The notes beneath the pieces were generated by a model. It worked only from the letters and a program-made list of their open reading frames with translations, did not search any database and was not told the origin of the DNA. A stretch of DNA of 60,268 bases, the filler included. It is 8 parts of 8 records of this genome, joined end to end, with 100 filler letters (N's around TTAATTAATTAA, not from the genome) between each part and the next. Parts side by side here need not be neighbours in the genome. Positions count along the whole stretch, not along the records: positions 1 to 11,433 come from SRR31147125_80120; positions 11,534 to 20,087 come from SRR31147125_80335; 6 more parts are not named here. The stretch is one strand, 5' to 3'. Position numbers and translations under genes: made by a program. Below are positions 9,371 to 19,973 of the stretch, piece after piece. Within the stretch, counting starts at the first letter, position 1, and the number at the start of each line of letters is the position of its first letter.

Positions 9371-10231
9371 TCAGAACAGCTCTCGATACTTATTGGGACT
9401 GACCCCTTCCAGCTTCTTGAAAACCGTGGTGAAGTAGCTGCCGCTCTCGAAACCCACTTCGGCCGCGATATCCGAAATCTTCTTAGTCGGATACTTCAGC
9501 ATCAGCTCCTTGGCACGATCGATTCGGCGCTGGTTAACATACTCAGTAGGACGCTGTTTCGTGACATCCTTGAATATCTCGCAGAAGTACTGCGGCGTTA
9601 CCCCGGCAACGTCTGCCAGGTCATCAATCGGAATCTGGCTTCCAAGGTGATCGTCGATATAGCTGAAAACCTGCTTTATGCGCCTCAGGTTGAAATCGTG
9701 GCTTTCACGTTCATTATTTTTCACGTACTTAAAGAGATCTATCAGGAACTGGTAGGCCATAACGGAACCGTCCAGACCGGTCATTTCGGTCGTGCCGCTG
9801 AGAATCTGCAGGGCTTTACGGATGTGCGCGGCCAGGATAAGATGGTCGGAAACAGCAAAGACACCGCTTGTACGCAGCCCGATATAGTGCAGCATGTTTT
9901 CGATATGGTAGCCGTTAAAAGTAAACCAGTGCACGTACCAGGGCGCCTCTTCGGCGAAGTAGGCATGTGGTTTTCCGGGGTAGAGCAGCATGCCGCTTCC
10001 GGGCGGCACGGGGATGATATTGTCATTCATCTCCAGGACCCCCTTGCCGGAGATGGTCTGAATCCACTGGTAGACCGGATAACCGAAAGGCCGATTTATG
10101 GGATATTGGTAAAAATCGCAGCCGGCCCCAACCAGGTGAAACGGTAACTCTTTTTCAAGTTCTGTCTGGGTAGCCAGGAGAAAGGAGCCCTCGCGCCGGC
10201 CTTCATCATGCTGATTTTCAATCATACACAT
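9371..10231 (-). CDS. AraC family transcriptional regulator
   Basis: N-terminal cupin-like sensor domain and C-terminal double HTH (IAAEVGFESGSYFTTVFKKLEGVSP). Confidence 0.93.
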   Translation of the reverse strand: MCMIENQHDEGRREGSFLLATQTELEKELPFHLVGAGCDFYQYPINRPFGYPVYQWIQTISGKGVLEMNDNIIPVPPGSGMLLYPGKPHAYFAEEAPWYVHWFTFNGYHIENMLHYIGLRTSGVFAVSDHLILAAHIRKALQILSGTTEMTGLDGSVMAYQFLIDLFKYVKNNERESHDFNLRRIKQVFSYIDDHLGSQIPIDDLADVAGVTPQYFCEIFKDVTKQRPTEYVNQRRIDRAKELMLKYPTKKISDIAAEVGFESGSYFTTVFKKLEGVSPNKYRELF

Positions 10232-10506
10232 CCTCAGATCTTAAAATACTTACAAAAATATGAATATATTATACGCCATACTTTCGCAAAGGCACAATAT
10301 ACATAGATTGCTAAAAAACAGAAAAGGACAAATCGCCATCCCACACTGTTTAAAGAGCGGCATAATCCAGTATAGCGCAGATTGTTACACAATGTAAGTA
10401 ATTCATGAAAATATTGATACTCCGTCGAAAATGTTATCATTGACGGCACGAAATAGCGATTTATAATTTCACATAGCAAAAAAACCATTTTGTAAAGGAG
10501 TCTATT

Positions 10507-11433
10507 ATGGTAAAGAAAATTATTGTTCTCTTGCTCATGATCGCGTTTGTTGGTGTTGGGCTGTTCGCTCAGGGTGAAGATGAAGCATCAAACAAGTTGG
10601 TCATCAACTCAAACCTTTCAGACCCGTCAGTAAAAGCTGCCCTCGCGGAAACTGTTGATCTGTTCAAGGCTGAAAACCCCGATCTTGAAGTTCAGTTGAA
10701 CACATTCGACCACGAAGCCTACAAGACAGCAATCAGGAACTTTCTGGTATCCGAAGCTCCGGACGTATGTCTGTGGTTTGCCGGTAACAGAATGAAATTC
10801 TTTGTAGACCAGGAACTGTTTATGGACGTAAGTGACCTTTGGGAAGAAGAAGGACTCTACGATTCCATGTCTTCATCAGTGAAAGCAATGACTGTAGACG
10901 GCAAACAGTATGGTGTACCCTATTCCTACTACCAGTGGGGCATATACTATCGATCCGACATCTTCGACATGTACGGACTTGAAGAACCCAAAACCTGGGA
11001 AGAATTCATGCATGTCAACGATACTTTAGTTGCCAATGGGGTTACCCCGATTACCATCGGAACAAAATACCTCTGGACAGCAGCGGGCTGGTTCGACTAC
11101 ATGAACCTGCGTGTAAACGGATATGACTACCACATGGATTTGATGTCCGGTGATGCAAGCTACCTCGATCCTGAATTGGACGAAGTATTCGAGCTGTGGG
11201 CAGAGATGATCGAAAAAGGTTATTTCATTGAAAACCATGCCACATACTCATGGCAGGAAGCTCAGGCACCCCTAATCAACGGCGATGCCGCTATGTACCT
11301 GATTGGTAACTTCATCGTTCCCGACCTCGAGAGCGCCGGAGTTGTAGATGACATCGGTTTCTTCCAGTTCCCCATTATCGATCCTGCAGTTGGAGTTTTC
11401 GAAGATGCTCCGACCGATACATTCCACATTCCC
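10507..11433 (+). CDS. Sugar ABC transporter substrate-binding protein (3'-truncated)
   Basis: Signal peptide ending FAQG (spirochaete style), DGKQYGVPYSYYQWGIYY and PKTWEEF motifs, AAGGAG RBS. Confidence 0.9.
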
Positions 11434-11533
11434 NNNNNNNNNNNNNNNNNNNNNNNNNNNNNNNNNNNNNNNNNNNNTTAATTAATTAANNNNNNNNNNN
11501 NNNNNNNNNNNNNNNNNNNNNNNNNNNNNNNNN
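11434..11533. other. Artificial contig spacer (N-run with TTAATTAATTAA). Also at 20088-20187, 25660-25759, 31135-31234, 38223-38322, 45575-45674 and 51037-51136
   Basis: Identical 100-nt N/linker/N blocks. Genes are truncated and GC content changes abruptly at each. Confidence 0.99.
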
Positions 11534-11719
11534 TTTTTTGTAATAATCATTTGTAGCAAATAGGATTATCCGAATTCTCCTCACACTCTTTTGATCAGTT
11601 TGTTGATAAGAGATTCCATGATCTTTTTCGATTTTTCTCTGTCTTCTACAATTAGTTCTGCATTTGACAATGTGTTAACACCAGAACTGTAAATACTCTA
11701 GTATGGAAATACATTAAAC

Positions 11720-11778
11720 TTGACAAATAGTAATAACCATCTATAATATATAACAAAAGATATAAATAACATTTGATA
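11720..11778 (+). promoter_or_regulatory. Consensus sigma70 promoter plus tandem operator of the cupin-OYE-ETF operon
   Basis: TTGACA(11720)-16 nt-TATAAT(11742), then TAAC-AAAA-GATA-TAAA-TAAC-ATTT-GATA (11751-11778). Confidence 0.75.
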
Positions 11779-11795
11779 CTGATTTAGGAGGATGT

Positions 11796-12167
11796 ATGCA
11801 GGTTGTAGAGTTGAGCAATGAAATAATGTGTAAATCTGGGTCTGGCAACAAAATTTACTGGATGGCTACTTCTGAGATGGGAGCTCCAAATTTTGAAATG
11901 CGATATATAGAAATAAAACCAGGTGGGAACACAAGTTTTGGTACTCACGCACACGAGCACGAAGTTTATGTAGTAAGAGGAAAGGGACGTGTTAAAGGCA
12001 TGGTTAATGACCAAATGGGTGAAAAAGAATTGAGACCCGGAATTGCGGTATTTATTCCAGGAAATGAGGAACACCAATTTCTCAATGATTTAAAATATGA
12101 ACCTCTTGGGGTTATCTGTATAGTTCCAAAAGGTGCGGAAGCTCAGTTCAAACCACCATGTAAATAG
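11796..12167 (+). CDS. Cupin domain protein
   Basis: HAHEHEVYV and PGNEEHQF cupin motifs. AGGAGG RBS. Confidence 0.9.
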   Translation: MQVVELSNEIMCKSGSGNKIYWMATSEMGAPNFEMRYIEIKPGGNTSFGTHAHEHEVYVVRGKGRVKGMVNDQMGEKELRPGIAVFIPGNEEHQFLNDLKYEPLGVICIVPKGAEAQFKPPCK

Positions 12168-12198
12168 GATTGAATGAAAATATAGGTAAGGATTGTTT

Positions 12199-14172
12199 AT
12201 GCAGAATAAAACATTGAAGTTTGACAGATTGTTCTCCGGATATAATATCCGAAATATGGAACTTAAAAATCGAGTGGTGTTTCTAGCTCACTATACAGCC
12301 TATGCGGAAGTAACCAGTCTCCCTAGTGAAGTAGAAACATATTACTATACTGAAAGAGCAAAGGGTGGTGCAGGCTTAATTATTACTGGTAATTACGCTA
12401 TATCACCAGTTGGACAGATGCATAGAACTTTTATCAATGCTTCTGATAAGAACTGTATTCCAAATTTTTCACAAACGGTGCAGAATTGTCATTCTTATGG
12501 AACTAAAATTATTGGACAACTGTCCCATGCTGGTGCAACCAAAACTGAGCAACCACGTGGGAGTCTTTATGCTCCATCACAGGTTGTTGAAATAAGTACT
12601 GGTAGCTATACAACTGAAATAACAAAAGAAGAGATTAAGGAAGTTGTTCACGATTTTAAAGTTGCTTCAGAAACTCTCACTGAAAGTGGCTTTGACGGAG
12701 TAGAAGTTAAGGTAGCTCATGATGGTATATTGAGAATTTTTGCCTCACCTTATTATAATAAGCGGACAGACGAATACGGCGGCTCATTTGAAAATAAAAT
12801 GCGAATTATCCATGAGGTTTTCTCTGCGATACGAAGTACCATCAGAGAAGATATGGTACTTGGAGTGAGACTTTCTCTAGATGAATTTGAAGATGTGGGA
12901 TTTGACCTTGAAACAGGTGTAAAAATTGCTAAATATATGTCAGATAATAAATTAGTTGATTATATTAACTGTGATGCCGGTACATGGAACACTTTTATTA
13001 TGCAAATACCTCCAATGAATATCCCGTTGGGATTTGGTGAATATCTTGCAGCAGCAGTTAAGAAAGTTGTAGACATTCCTGTTATTGCTTTTGGAAGGAT
13101 AAATGATCCCATCCAAGCTGAACAAATCTTGGAAAATGGATCTGCCGATTTGATTGGTATGGCCAGACAATTACTTTGTGATCCAGAATGGGCCAACAAG
13201 TCAAAAGAAGGTGATATAGATAATATACGTAAGTGTATTGGTTGTGAAGAAGGGTGTATTGGTCAAGTTTTTCTTTATCAACCTATTCGATGTATTCAAA
13301 ATCCAGCAGCTGGAAAAGAAAAGAAATTAGGGATAGGAACTCTTAAGAAAGCTAAAAAGAAAAAAAGAATTGTTGTTATTGGAGCTGGATGTGCTGGTAT
13401 GAAATTTGCGGAAATATCAGCTATGAGAGGGCATGATGTTGTTGTGTTTGAAAAAGAACCTGTTGTCGGAGGACAGTTAAATCTGCTGAAACAGATTACT
13501 TTCAGGAATGAGTTTTCTGAGGTTGTCAGATATCAGGAATACAGAATGAAGAAGTTTGATACAATTACTCTGAAACTAAATACAGAAGCAAATGAAACGA
13601 ATATCATGGCGGAGAACCCAGATGTTATAGTAGTTGCGACTGGGGCCGAACTATTGGTTCCTGAGGGTTTTTCTACAAATAAATCTATATCAACCTGGGA
13701 TGTTCTAGATGGTACAGCAGATATCTGTAAAGAGATTCTTGTGTATGATCCATTATCAAATAATGAAGGTGTGGGAGTTGTTGAATATCTTTTTGATAAT
13801 TTTAAAGATATTCATGTAGATTATTATACGCCTAGTAATGATATAGCTTCTGATACCAAAAATGAAAATAAAGACATTCTGATGCGCAAACTTCTAGGAC
13901 AAAATCTAGATATCCATACTCACTCGGCCTTAACCGGAATTGAAGATGGGAAACTAGTTTTTAGAAGAGTTTATACAAAACATGATTTCAATATTGATCT
14001 CGATAAGTATGATAATTTTATATACACCGGGCATATGAGATCAATTGATGAATTGTTCTGGAAGATGCGTCAGCAGGAAAAAGTTGAAGTTTATCGAATC
14101 GGTGATGCAAAGGCTCCGTCCTGTGTGGAAATTTCCATCCATGAGGCTGAGGCTTTAGCTCGTAAAGTATAA
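12199..14172 (+). CDS. FadH/OYE-family NADH:flavin oxidoreductase (FMN barrel, 4Fe-4S, FAD/ADP domain)
   Basis: LKNRVV, ERAKGGAGLII, NKRTDEYGGS, CIGCEEGC-x11-C, VIGAGCAG and IGDAKAP motifs. Confidence 0.92.
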   Translation: MQNKTLKFDRLFSGYNIRNMELKNRVVFLAHYTAYAEVTSLPSEVETYYYTERAKGGAGLIITGNYAISPVGQMHRTFINASDKNCIPNFSQTVQNCHSYGTKIIGQLSHAGATKTEQPRGSLYAPSQVVEISTGSYTTEITKEEIKEVVHDFKVASETLTESGFDGVEVKVAHDGILRIFASPYYNKRTDEYGGSFENKMRIIHEVFSAIRSTIREDMVLGVRLSLDEFEDVGFDLETGVKIAKYMSDNKLVDYINCDAGTWNTFIMQIPPMNIPLGFGEYLAAAVKKVVDIPVIAFGRINDPIQAEQILENGSADLIGMARQLLCDPEWANKSKEGDIDNIRKCIGCEEGCIGQVFLYQPIRCIQNPAAGKEKKLGIGTLKKAKKKKRIVVIGAGCAGMKFAEISAMRGHDVVVFEKEPVVGGQLNLLKQITFRNEFSEVVRYQEYRMKKFDTITLKLNTEANETNIMAENPDVIVVATGAELLVPEGFSTNKSISTWDVLDGTADICKEILVYDPLSNNEGVGVVEYLFDNFKDIHVDYYTPSNDIASDTKNENKDILMRKLLGQNLDIHTHSALTGIEDGKLVFRRVYTKHDFNIDLDKYDNFIYTGHMRSIDELFWKMRQQEKVEVYRIGDAKAPSCVEISIHEAEALARKV

Positions 14173-14180
14173 GGTAGGAA

Positions 14181-15032
14181 ATGGATACTATGGAAAAAAT
14201 ATTAGTATGTTTGAAACAGGTTCCAAATACTAAAGATGTGAAAATCAACCCTGAAAATCATACGCTCATCCGAGAGGGAGTAGACAGTGTGCTGAATCCG
14301 CATGATGACTGTGCACTAGAACAAGCTCTTGAAATGAAACGGAAATATGGCGTGAAAGTTGCTACAATGACCATGGGACCTCCGCAGGCAAAAACAATAC
14401 TTGAATATAGTTTACAGCGAGGTGCTGATGAATCGTTTATTTTTAGTGATAGAAGTCTGGCAGGATCTGACACATGGGCTACAGCTACGGCCGTAGTCGG
14501 GCTAATTCGAAAAATTGGATATGATACAGTGTTTTGTGGGCAAGAATCTATAGATAGTGGTACTGGGCATATAGGAGCAAGTATTGCAGAGCTTATGAAC
14601 ATTCCACAAGTTAATTATGCCAGAGATATTTTAGAGTATGCTGATGGCAAACTTAAAGTATCAGCAAAATTTGACAAGAATGATGCAATCTTGGAAGTCG
14701 TTACGCCTACTGTGATATCCTTTATGAAACGGGATATGGAAGTATCACTTGCTAACGATTATGAGGAAAATTTGGCTAAAATCCACAATATGAGTTTGAA
14801 TGATCTAAATATTAGTCCAGAATATGTTGGTCTTGATGGATCGTATACACAGGTAGTAAATATTGATATTGATGATAGGTTTGTAGGATATATGATAGTA
14901 GACAATAGCTTAAGTGCAGATGACCGAATATTATATATTACTACTGGTGGTATTGAGGAAAATGAGAATCAGACTGTGATCAACGATCTGAATGAGGAAT
15001 CCATCGAATTGATTGCGAGTCTTATACGGTAG
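14181..15032 (+). CDS. etfB: Electron transfer flavoprotein beta subunit
   Basis: VCLKQVP, LIREG, TMGPPQA, AGSDTWATA and GQESIDSGTGHIG motifs. Confidence 0.93.
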   Translation: MDTMEKILVCLKQVPNTKDVKINPENHTLIREGVDSVLNPHDDCALEQALEMKRKYGVKVATMTMGPPQAKTILEYSLQRGADESFIFSDRSLAGSDTWATATAVVGLIRKIGYDTVFCGQESIDSGTGHIGASIAELMNIPQVNYARDILEYADGKLKVSAKFDKNDAILEVVTPTVISFMKRDMEVSLANDYEENLAKIHNMSLNDLNISPEYVGLDGSYTQVVNIDIDDRFVGYMIVDNSLSADDRILYITTGGIEENENQTVINDLNEESIELIASLIR

Positions 15033-15057
15033 GCTTGTTAATTTAGTAAGAGTGTAG

Positions 15058-16260
15058 GTGAAAAATATGAGCTATATTGAAGTGAATAAATCAAAATGCA
15101 ATGGTTGCGGATTGTGTGTCGAAGCATGTAACTATGATGCTATAACAGTAGTAAATGGGAAAGCTGTCATTGATCAGAACTTATGTACATTATGTGGTGC
15201 ATGCACAAAGGCATGCCGCAGAGAAGCCATCAGTATTTTTAAATTAGACAAGCATGTTGATCTTTCCGACTATACTGGGATATGGGTCGTTGTTGAAAAC
15301 TTTGATCGTGCTTTGAAGAATACTGCATTTCAACTTATTAGTAAGGCAAGAGAGCTTGCGAAAATTAGTGGAGATTTGGTAACAGCTGTGCTGATTAGCA
15401 ATAGTCCAGAATCGAATGAGCTGAGAAAAACATTTGCTGAGTATGGTGTTCAGCATGTGAAATTGTTAAGTAATCCCGGTTATGATAGATTTATTACAGA
15501 AAATGCTTCAGAAAGTATTTCAGAAGAAGTATTGAAGCATAAACCTCGAATAGTACTTTTCTTAGGTACAATATTTGGAAGATCTATTGCACCCCAAATT
15601 GCGACAAGGGTAAAAACAGGTTTAACAGCAGATTGTACTGAGCTGGAACTTGATGATAAGAATAATCTTTTACAGATAAGACCAACATATGGTGGTAAGG
15701 TGTTGGCAACAATTGAAACACCTTTTAGCTGTCCTCAGATGGCGTCGGTGAGACCTAATGTATTTAATGAAGTTAAATGTCCGATACCTTTAAATGAAGT
15801 CATTATTGAAATTGTTGAAAAGAAAACACAATCATTTATTGCAAAAAACAATCTCAAGAAAATCATTGAAGTTCTCGCTGGTGATGGGGAATTTTCAACA
15901 CCGGTTGATGAAGCAAAAGTAATTTACTGTGCAGGTTTGGGAGTGGGATCCAAAGAGGGGTTTGATGCGGTTGCTAAACTTGCTGATGAAAATGGAGCCG
16001 TTGTTGCTGCAACACGTGGTGTTGTTGATGAGGGGTGGGCAGATATATCACAACAGATCGGACAGACTGGAGTTACCGTAAGGCCTGAACTGTATGTTGG
16101 ATTTGGTGTTTCAGGAGCAATTCACCATATTATCGGTATGAAGAATTCAAGAAAAATTATTGCAATAAATACAGATAGAAAAGCTCCAATCTTCAAAGTG
16201 GCCGACTATTGTATCGTAGCCGATCTCTTTGATACAATTGAAAAGGTGAAATCAATATAA
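15058..16260 (+). CDS. etfA: Electron transfer flavoprotein alpha subunit with N-terminal 2[4Fe-4S] ferredoxin
   Basis: Two CxxCxxCxxxC motifs, GLTADCT, QIGQTGVTVRPELY and GVSGAIHH motifs. Confidence 0.93.
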   Translation: MKNMSYIEVNKSKCNGCGLCVEACNYDAITVVNGKAVIDQNLCTLCGACTKACRREAISIFKLDKHVDLSDYTGIWVVVENFDRALKNTAFQLISKARELAKISGDLVTAVLISNSPESNELRKTFAEYGVQHVKLLSNPGYDRFITENASESISEEVLKHKPRIVLFLGTIFGRSIAPQIATRVKTGLTADCTELELDDKNNLLQIRPTYGGKVLATIETPFSCPQMASVRPNVFNEVKCPIPLNEVIIEIVEKKTQSFIAKNNLKKIIEVLAGDGEFSTPVDEAKVIYCAGLGVGSKEGFDAVAKLADENGAVVAATRGVVDEGWADISQQIGQTGVTVRPELYVGFGVSGAIHHIIGMKNSRKIIAINTDRKAPIFKVADYCIVADLFDTIEKVKSI

Positions 16261-16312
16261 TACTTATGATTGGCCACCTAGTGGCAAGGGATGACTGTAT
16301 TCTGGAGGTAGG

Positions 16313-17245
16313 ATGTCTGATTATCAATTATCACAGATAGCAATTATGCATTATATCAATGGTTTGTCTCAGCAAGAAATTGCAAATATGTTTGGACTTT
16401 CCAAGATGACGGTTTCCAGAATGCTGCAGAAAGCTAAAGATCAAGGGATTGTTAAAACAGATGTTAAATTACCATTTGCAATAGAATCTCGTATAGGATC
16501 TAAACTTCAGAAAAAGTATCGCCTAAATCAGGTTTGGGTTGTAGATCATGAAGATAATGACAGTAATGAAACAGTCAGAGATTTATTGGCTGGGGCAGCT
16601 GCTTTTTTCTTTAATACTTCTTTATCAAAAAAGGAAACAATAGGAATTGGAATAGGTAAAACAATAGGTGCTTTTGTTAAGCATCTTACACCCATGAAAA
16701 CTAGCGATGTACATATTGTGCAGCTCATGGGAGGATTGCCAGATGTTACAAGGGAAAATCCTTTTACAATCATGCAGGAAACATGCCGAAAACTTGAAGC
16801 AAAAGGAACGTTACTAACCAGTTTTGCTATTGCTGATAACCAGAAAGATCGAGATAGTTTTATTAACCATAATGAAACTGGAAAACTGGTGCATGAATTG
16901 TGGAAAACATGCAGCTTAGCTCTCTTTGGTGTAGGTATGATTGAGAAAGGTACTATTCTTTCTCCAAAACTACTATCTGAAGAGGAAATGGATCAACTAA
17001 AAAGCCAGAATGCAATTGGAGATGTCTTGGGGCATTGCTTCACATTGGATGGTGATTTTATACATTCTGATTTGGAAAGTAGATTAGTATCAATACTAAT
17101 TGATTTACTATTACGAATTAAAACCAGAAGAGCCATTGCTTTTGGAGTGGATAAGGTACCAGCAATACATGGGGCTCTTCAGGCAAACATTATGAATGAA
17201 CTTTTTACAGATAGTACTACTGCTGAAAAACTACTTCAGCAGTAG
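16313..17245 (+). CDS. SorC/DeoR-family sugar-binding transcriptional regulator
   Basis: N-terminal HTH LSQQEIANMFGLSKMTVSRML and a sugar-binding domain (AIGDVLG; ELFTD). Confidence 0.9.
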   Translation: MSDYQLSQIAIMHYINGLSQQEIANMFGLSKMTVSRMLQKAKDQGIVKTDVKLPFAIESRIGSKLQKKYRLNQVWVVDHEDNDSNETVRDLLAGAAAFFFNTSLSKKETIGIGIGKTIGAFVKHLTPMKTSDVHIVQLMGGLPDVTRENPFTIMQETCRKLEAKGTLLTSFAIADNQKDRDSFINHNETGKLVHELWKTCSLALFGVGMIEKGTILSPKLLSEEEMDQLKSQNAIGDVLGHCFTLDGDFIHSDLESRLVSILIDLLLRIKTRRAIAFGVDKVPAIHGALQANIMNELFTDSTTAEKLLQQ

Positions 17246-17592
17246 TCTAATAACTGGATATTAAAATTTCCCATCAGCTATCTAAGATATTAGATAATTT
17301 GATGTTATCGCTGGATTTGTCAGATTCTCTATAATTCGATTTTACTATTACAAAAATTATATTTACTTTCCTGTTTCTCGCAGGACTACAGCAGATCAGA
17401 TTGTCTAATTTGCATTTATTCAAATATGAATTTTCACTAAATCCCAAATTATAGTCAGCATGTATCCAGTTATTGCATGATGGATTATGTTCCATAGATT
17501 CTATTTCTAGAAACTCTGCACAATTGTAATTCCACATGCAAAAATGCTTCTCTTCTTACTGGCCGCGCCACAAATGATTCAGTCAAAAAAAC

Positions 17593-17655
17593 TTGACAAT
17601 GAATATTTGTAAGGTATAATGATAAAGTAACTAGTGATAAAAATAACAAAAGATA
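17593..17655 (+). promoter_or_regulatory. Consensus sigma70 promoter plus tandem operator of the dehydrogenase-isomerase-ABC operon
   Basis: TTGACA(17593)-16 nt-TATAAT(17615), then TAAC-TAGT-GATA-AAAA-TAAC-AAAA-GATA (17628-17655). Confidence 0.75.
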
Positions 17656-17698
17656 TTAATACGTATATGTTATTAATTAATCGATAGGAGTAAATACT

Positions 17699-18871
17699 AT
17701 GCAAGCAAGAAAACTTAAATATGGAATGGTTGGGGGAGGTCCCGATGCATTTATTGGTGGAGTACATAGAATTGCAGCAGCACTTGATGGAAGAATGGAA
17801 CTCGTAGCAGGAGCATTTTCATCAAAACCTGATAAATCAAAACAGCAGGGTGAAGCACTTTTGCTTGATAAAAACAGGGTCTATGATTCTTATGAAGAAA
17901 TGGCAGAAAGTGAAGCAGCTCTACCAGAGGGTGAACGTATTGATTTTGTATCAATCGTAACTCCCAATGCAATGCATTATCCGGTAGCAAAAATATTTAT
18001 TGAGAATGGATTTAATGTTATTTGTGATAAACCAATGACCACAACGGTATCAGAGGCTGAAGAACTTATAAGATTGGTTGATGAGAAGGGTGTAATATTT
18101 GGTTTAACGCATAATTATACAGGGTACCCGATGGTTAAACAGGCTAAAGAGCTTGTTGAAAAAGGTAGACTGGGTGCAATCAGGAAAGTTGTTGTTGAAT
18201 ATCCTCAGGGATGGCTTGCTACACCTATCGATGCTGAAGGATCTAAGCAAGCAGCCTGGAGAACCGATCCTTCTCAGGCTGGAGTATCATCCTGCATAGG
18301 TGATTTAGGGTCGCATGCTGAGAATCTGGCAAGATACATTACTGGTCTTGAAATTGATGAACTATGTGCTGATATGACCACATTTGTTGAAGGAAGAAGG
18401 TTAGAAGATGATGGGAATGTGCTGATTCATTATAAAGGTGGAGCACGAGGGGTTCTTTATGCATCTCAAATTTCTGTAGGTGAAGAAAATAGCCTTACCA
18501 TTAGAGTATATGGCGAGAAAGCTTCGTTAGAATGGCTTCAGGAAAATCCTAATTATCTCTATGTGAAATATTTAGATAAACCAATGGAAACATGGACAAG
18601 AGGCAGTGGATATCTAGGAGAAGCAGCTGCAACAAATACAAGAACTCCATTTGGTCACCCCGAAGGATTCCTCGAGGCATTCGCAAATATATATAAGGCC
18701 GTAGGAAATACAATCATGGCAAAAATTAATGGTGAAGACCCATCTGAACTAGATCTTGATTTCCCTACAGTAGTTGATGGAGCTTTTGGCGTTCATTTTA
18801 TCCATAAAACGGTAGAAAGTGGAAAATTAAAAGGTTGGGTTAATGCTAAATATAATCCACCTTTAAAATAA
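17699..18871 (+). CDS. Gfo/Idh/MocA family oxidoreductase
   Basis: GMVGGGPDAFIGGVHR, VICDKP, DLGSHA and GHPEGFLEAF motifs. Confidence 0.93.
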   Translation: MQARKLKYGMVGGGPDAFIGGVHRIAAALDGRMELVAGAFSSKPDKSKQQGEALLLDKNRVYDSYEEMAESEAALPEGERIDFVSIVTPNAMHYPVAKIFIENGFNVICDKPMTTTVSEAEELIRLVDEKGVIFGLTHNYTGYPMVKQAKELVEKGRLGAIRKVVVEYPQGWLATPIDAEGSKQAAWRTDPSQAGVSSCIGDLGSHAENLARYITGLEIDELCADMTTFVEGRRLEDDGNVLIHYKGGARGVLYASQISVGEENSLTIRVYGEKASLEWLQENPNYLYVKYLDKPMETWTRGSGYLGEAAATNTRTPFGHPEGFLEAFANIYKAVGNTIMAKINGEDPSELDLDFPTVVDGAFGVHFIHKTVESGKLKGWVNAKYNPPLK

Positions 18872-18892
18872 AATTATAAGGAGAGGTACAGT

Positions 18893-19942
18893 ATGAGTAC
18901 ACAGATAAAAGGTCCAGGAATATTCATAGCGCAGTTTGCTACACCAGAGGCTCCAAGGAATAATATTGATAATTTTTCAACTTGGGCTGCAGGCTTGGGG
19001 TATAAAGGACTCCAGCTGCCAGCATGGGATCCAAATTTTATCGATTTGGATAAGGCTGCAGAATCAAAGGATTACTGTGATGAGTATACCGGCAAACTCA
19101 AGGAAAAGGGCTTAGTTGTTACAGATATGTTTGCCCTTCAGGGACAGATGATAGCATTTCATCCGGCCTTTGATGATTTGTTTGCTGGATTCCATCCAGC
19201 AGGATTGAAAGGAGAAGCTCTGGTCGAATGGGCGCAGGATCAATTAAAAAAATGTGTTAAAGCTTCAGTACATATGGATCTCCCAGGAGTTCCAACACTT
19301 TCTGGAGGCCTTTATTGGCCATTTCTCTATCCATGGCCGCAACGGCCAGCTGGAATTGTTGAAACAGCCTACCAAGAATTGGCAAAACGATGGATGCCTG
19401 TTCTTGATTTTGCTAAAGACAATGGAAAAACTATCAATTATGAGATTCATCCCGGCTGCGATATTTTTGATGGAGCAACTTTGGATATGTTTCTCGAGTA
19501 TACAAATGAACATGAAGCAGTTGGTATTAACTATGATCCAAGCCATTTCATTCTTCAGGGACTTGATCTTTATGGATTTATTCCTATGTATGCGGACAGA
19601 ATCAAGGGAGTTCATGTGAAGGATGGCGAGTTTGTTTCTAGCCCGAAACAAGGTGTCTATTCAGGTATGCAGCCTTGGGCTAAACGAGCCGGTAGGTTTA
19701 GAACTGTTGGTGATGGACAGGTCGATTTCAGGCGGATGTTCGCACTATTAACAGAAATTGGTTATGATGGCTGGGCCGTACTTGAATGGGAAGATCCAGT
19801 GAGAGATGCCGAAGAAGCTGCAAAACGCTGTGCGTCATTTATTGTCGATCACCTTATTACAACACCAGAATATGCTTTTGACAATTTTTTGGATTCTGGT
19901 GCCGATGAAGAAGCAAATAAGAGAATTTTAGGAATTAATTAA
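18893..19942 (+). CDS. Sugar phosphate isomerase/epimerase (xylose-isomerase-like TIM barrel, IolE/IolI superfamily)
   Basis: YEIHPG, NYDPSH, HVKD and VLEWE metal-binding motifs. Confidence 0.9.
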   Translation: MSTQIKGPGIFIAQFATPEAPRNNIDNFSTWAAGLGYKGLQLPAWDPNFIDLDKAAESKDYCDEYTGKLKEKGLVVTDMFALQGQMIAFHPAFDDLFAGFHPAGLKGEALVEWAQDQLKKCVKASVHMDLPGVPTLSGGLYWPFLYPWPQRPAGIVETAYQELAKRWMPVLDFAKDNGKTINYEIHPGCDIFDGATLDMFLEYTNEHEAVGINYDPSHFILQGLDLYGFIPMYADRIKGVHVKDGEFVSSPKQGVYSGMQPWAKRAGRFRTVGDGQVDFRRMFALLTEIGYDGWAVLEWEDPVRDAEEAAKRCASFIVDHLITTPEYAFDNFLDSGADEEANKRILGIN

Positions 19943-19973
19943 GTTATCATTTATACCATTAGGAGGTAATAAT

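Noticed and set aside
17274..17537. 87-aa minus-strand ORF between sorC and the second promoter
   Set aside because: No RBS or motif, in AT-rich intergenic DNA. Likely spurious.
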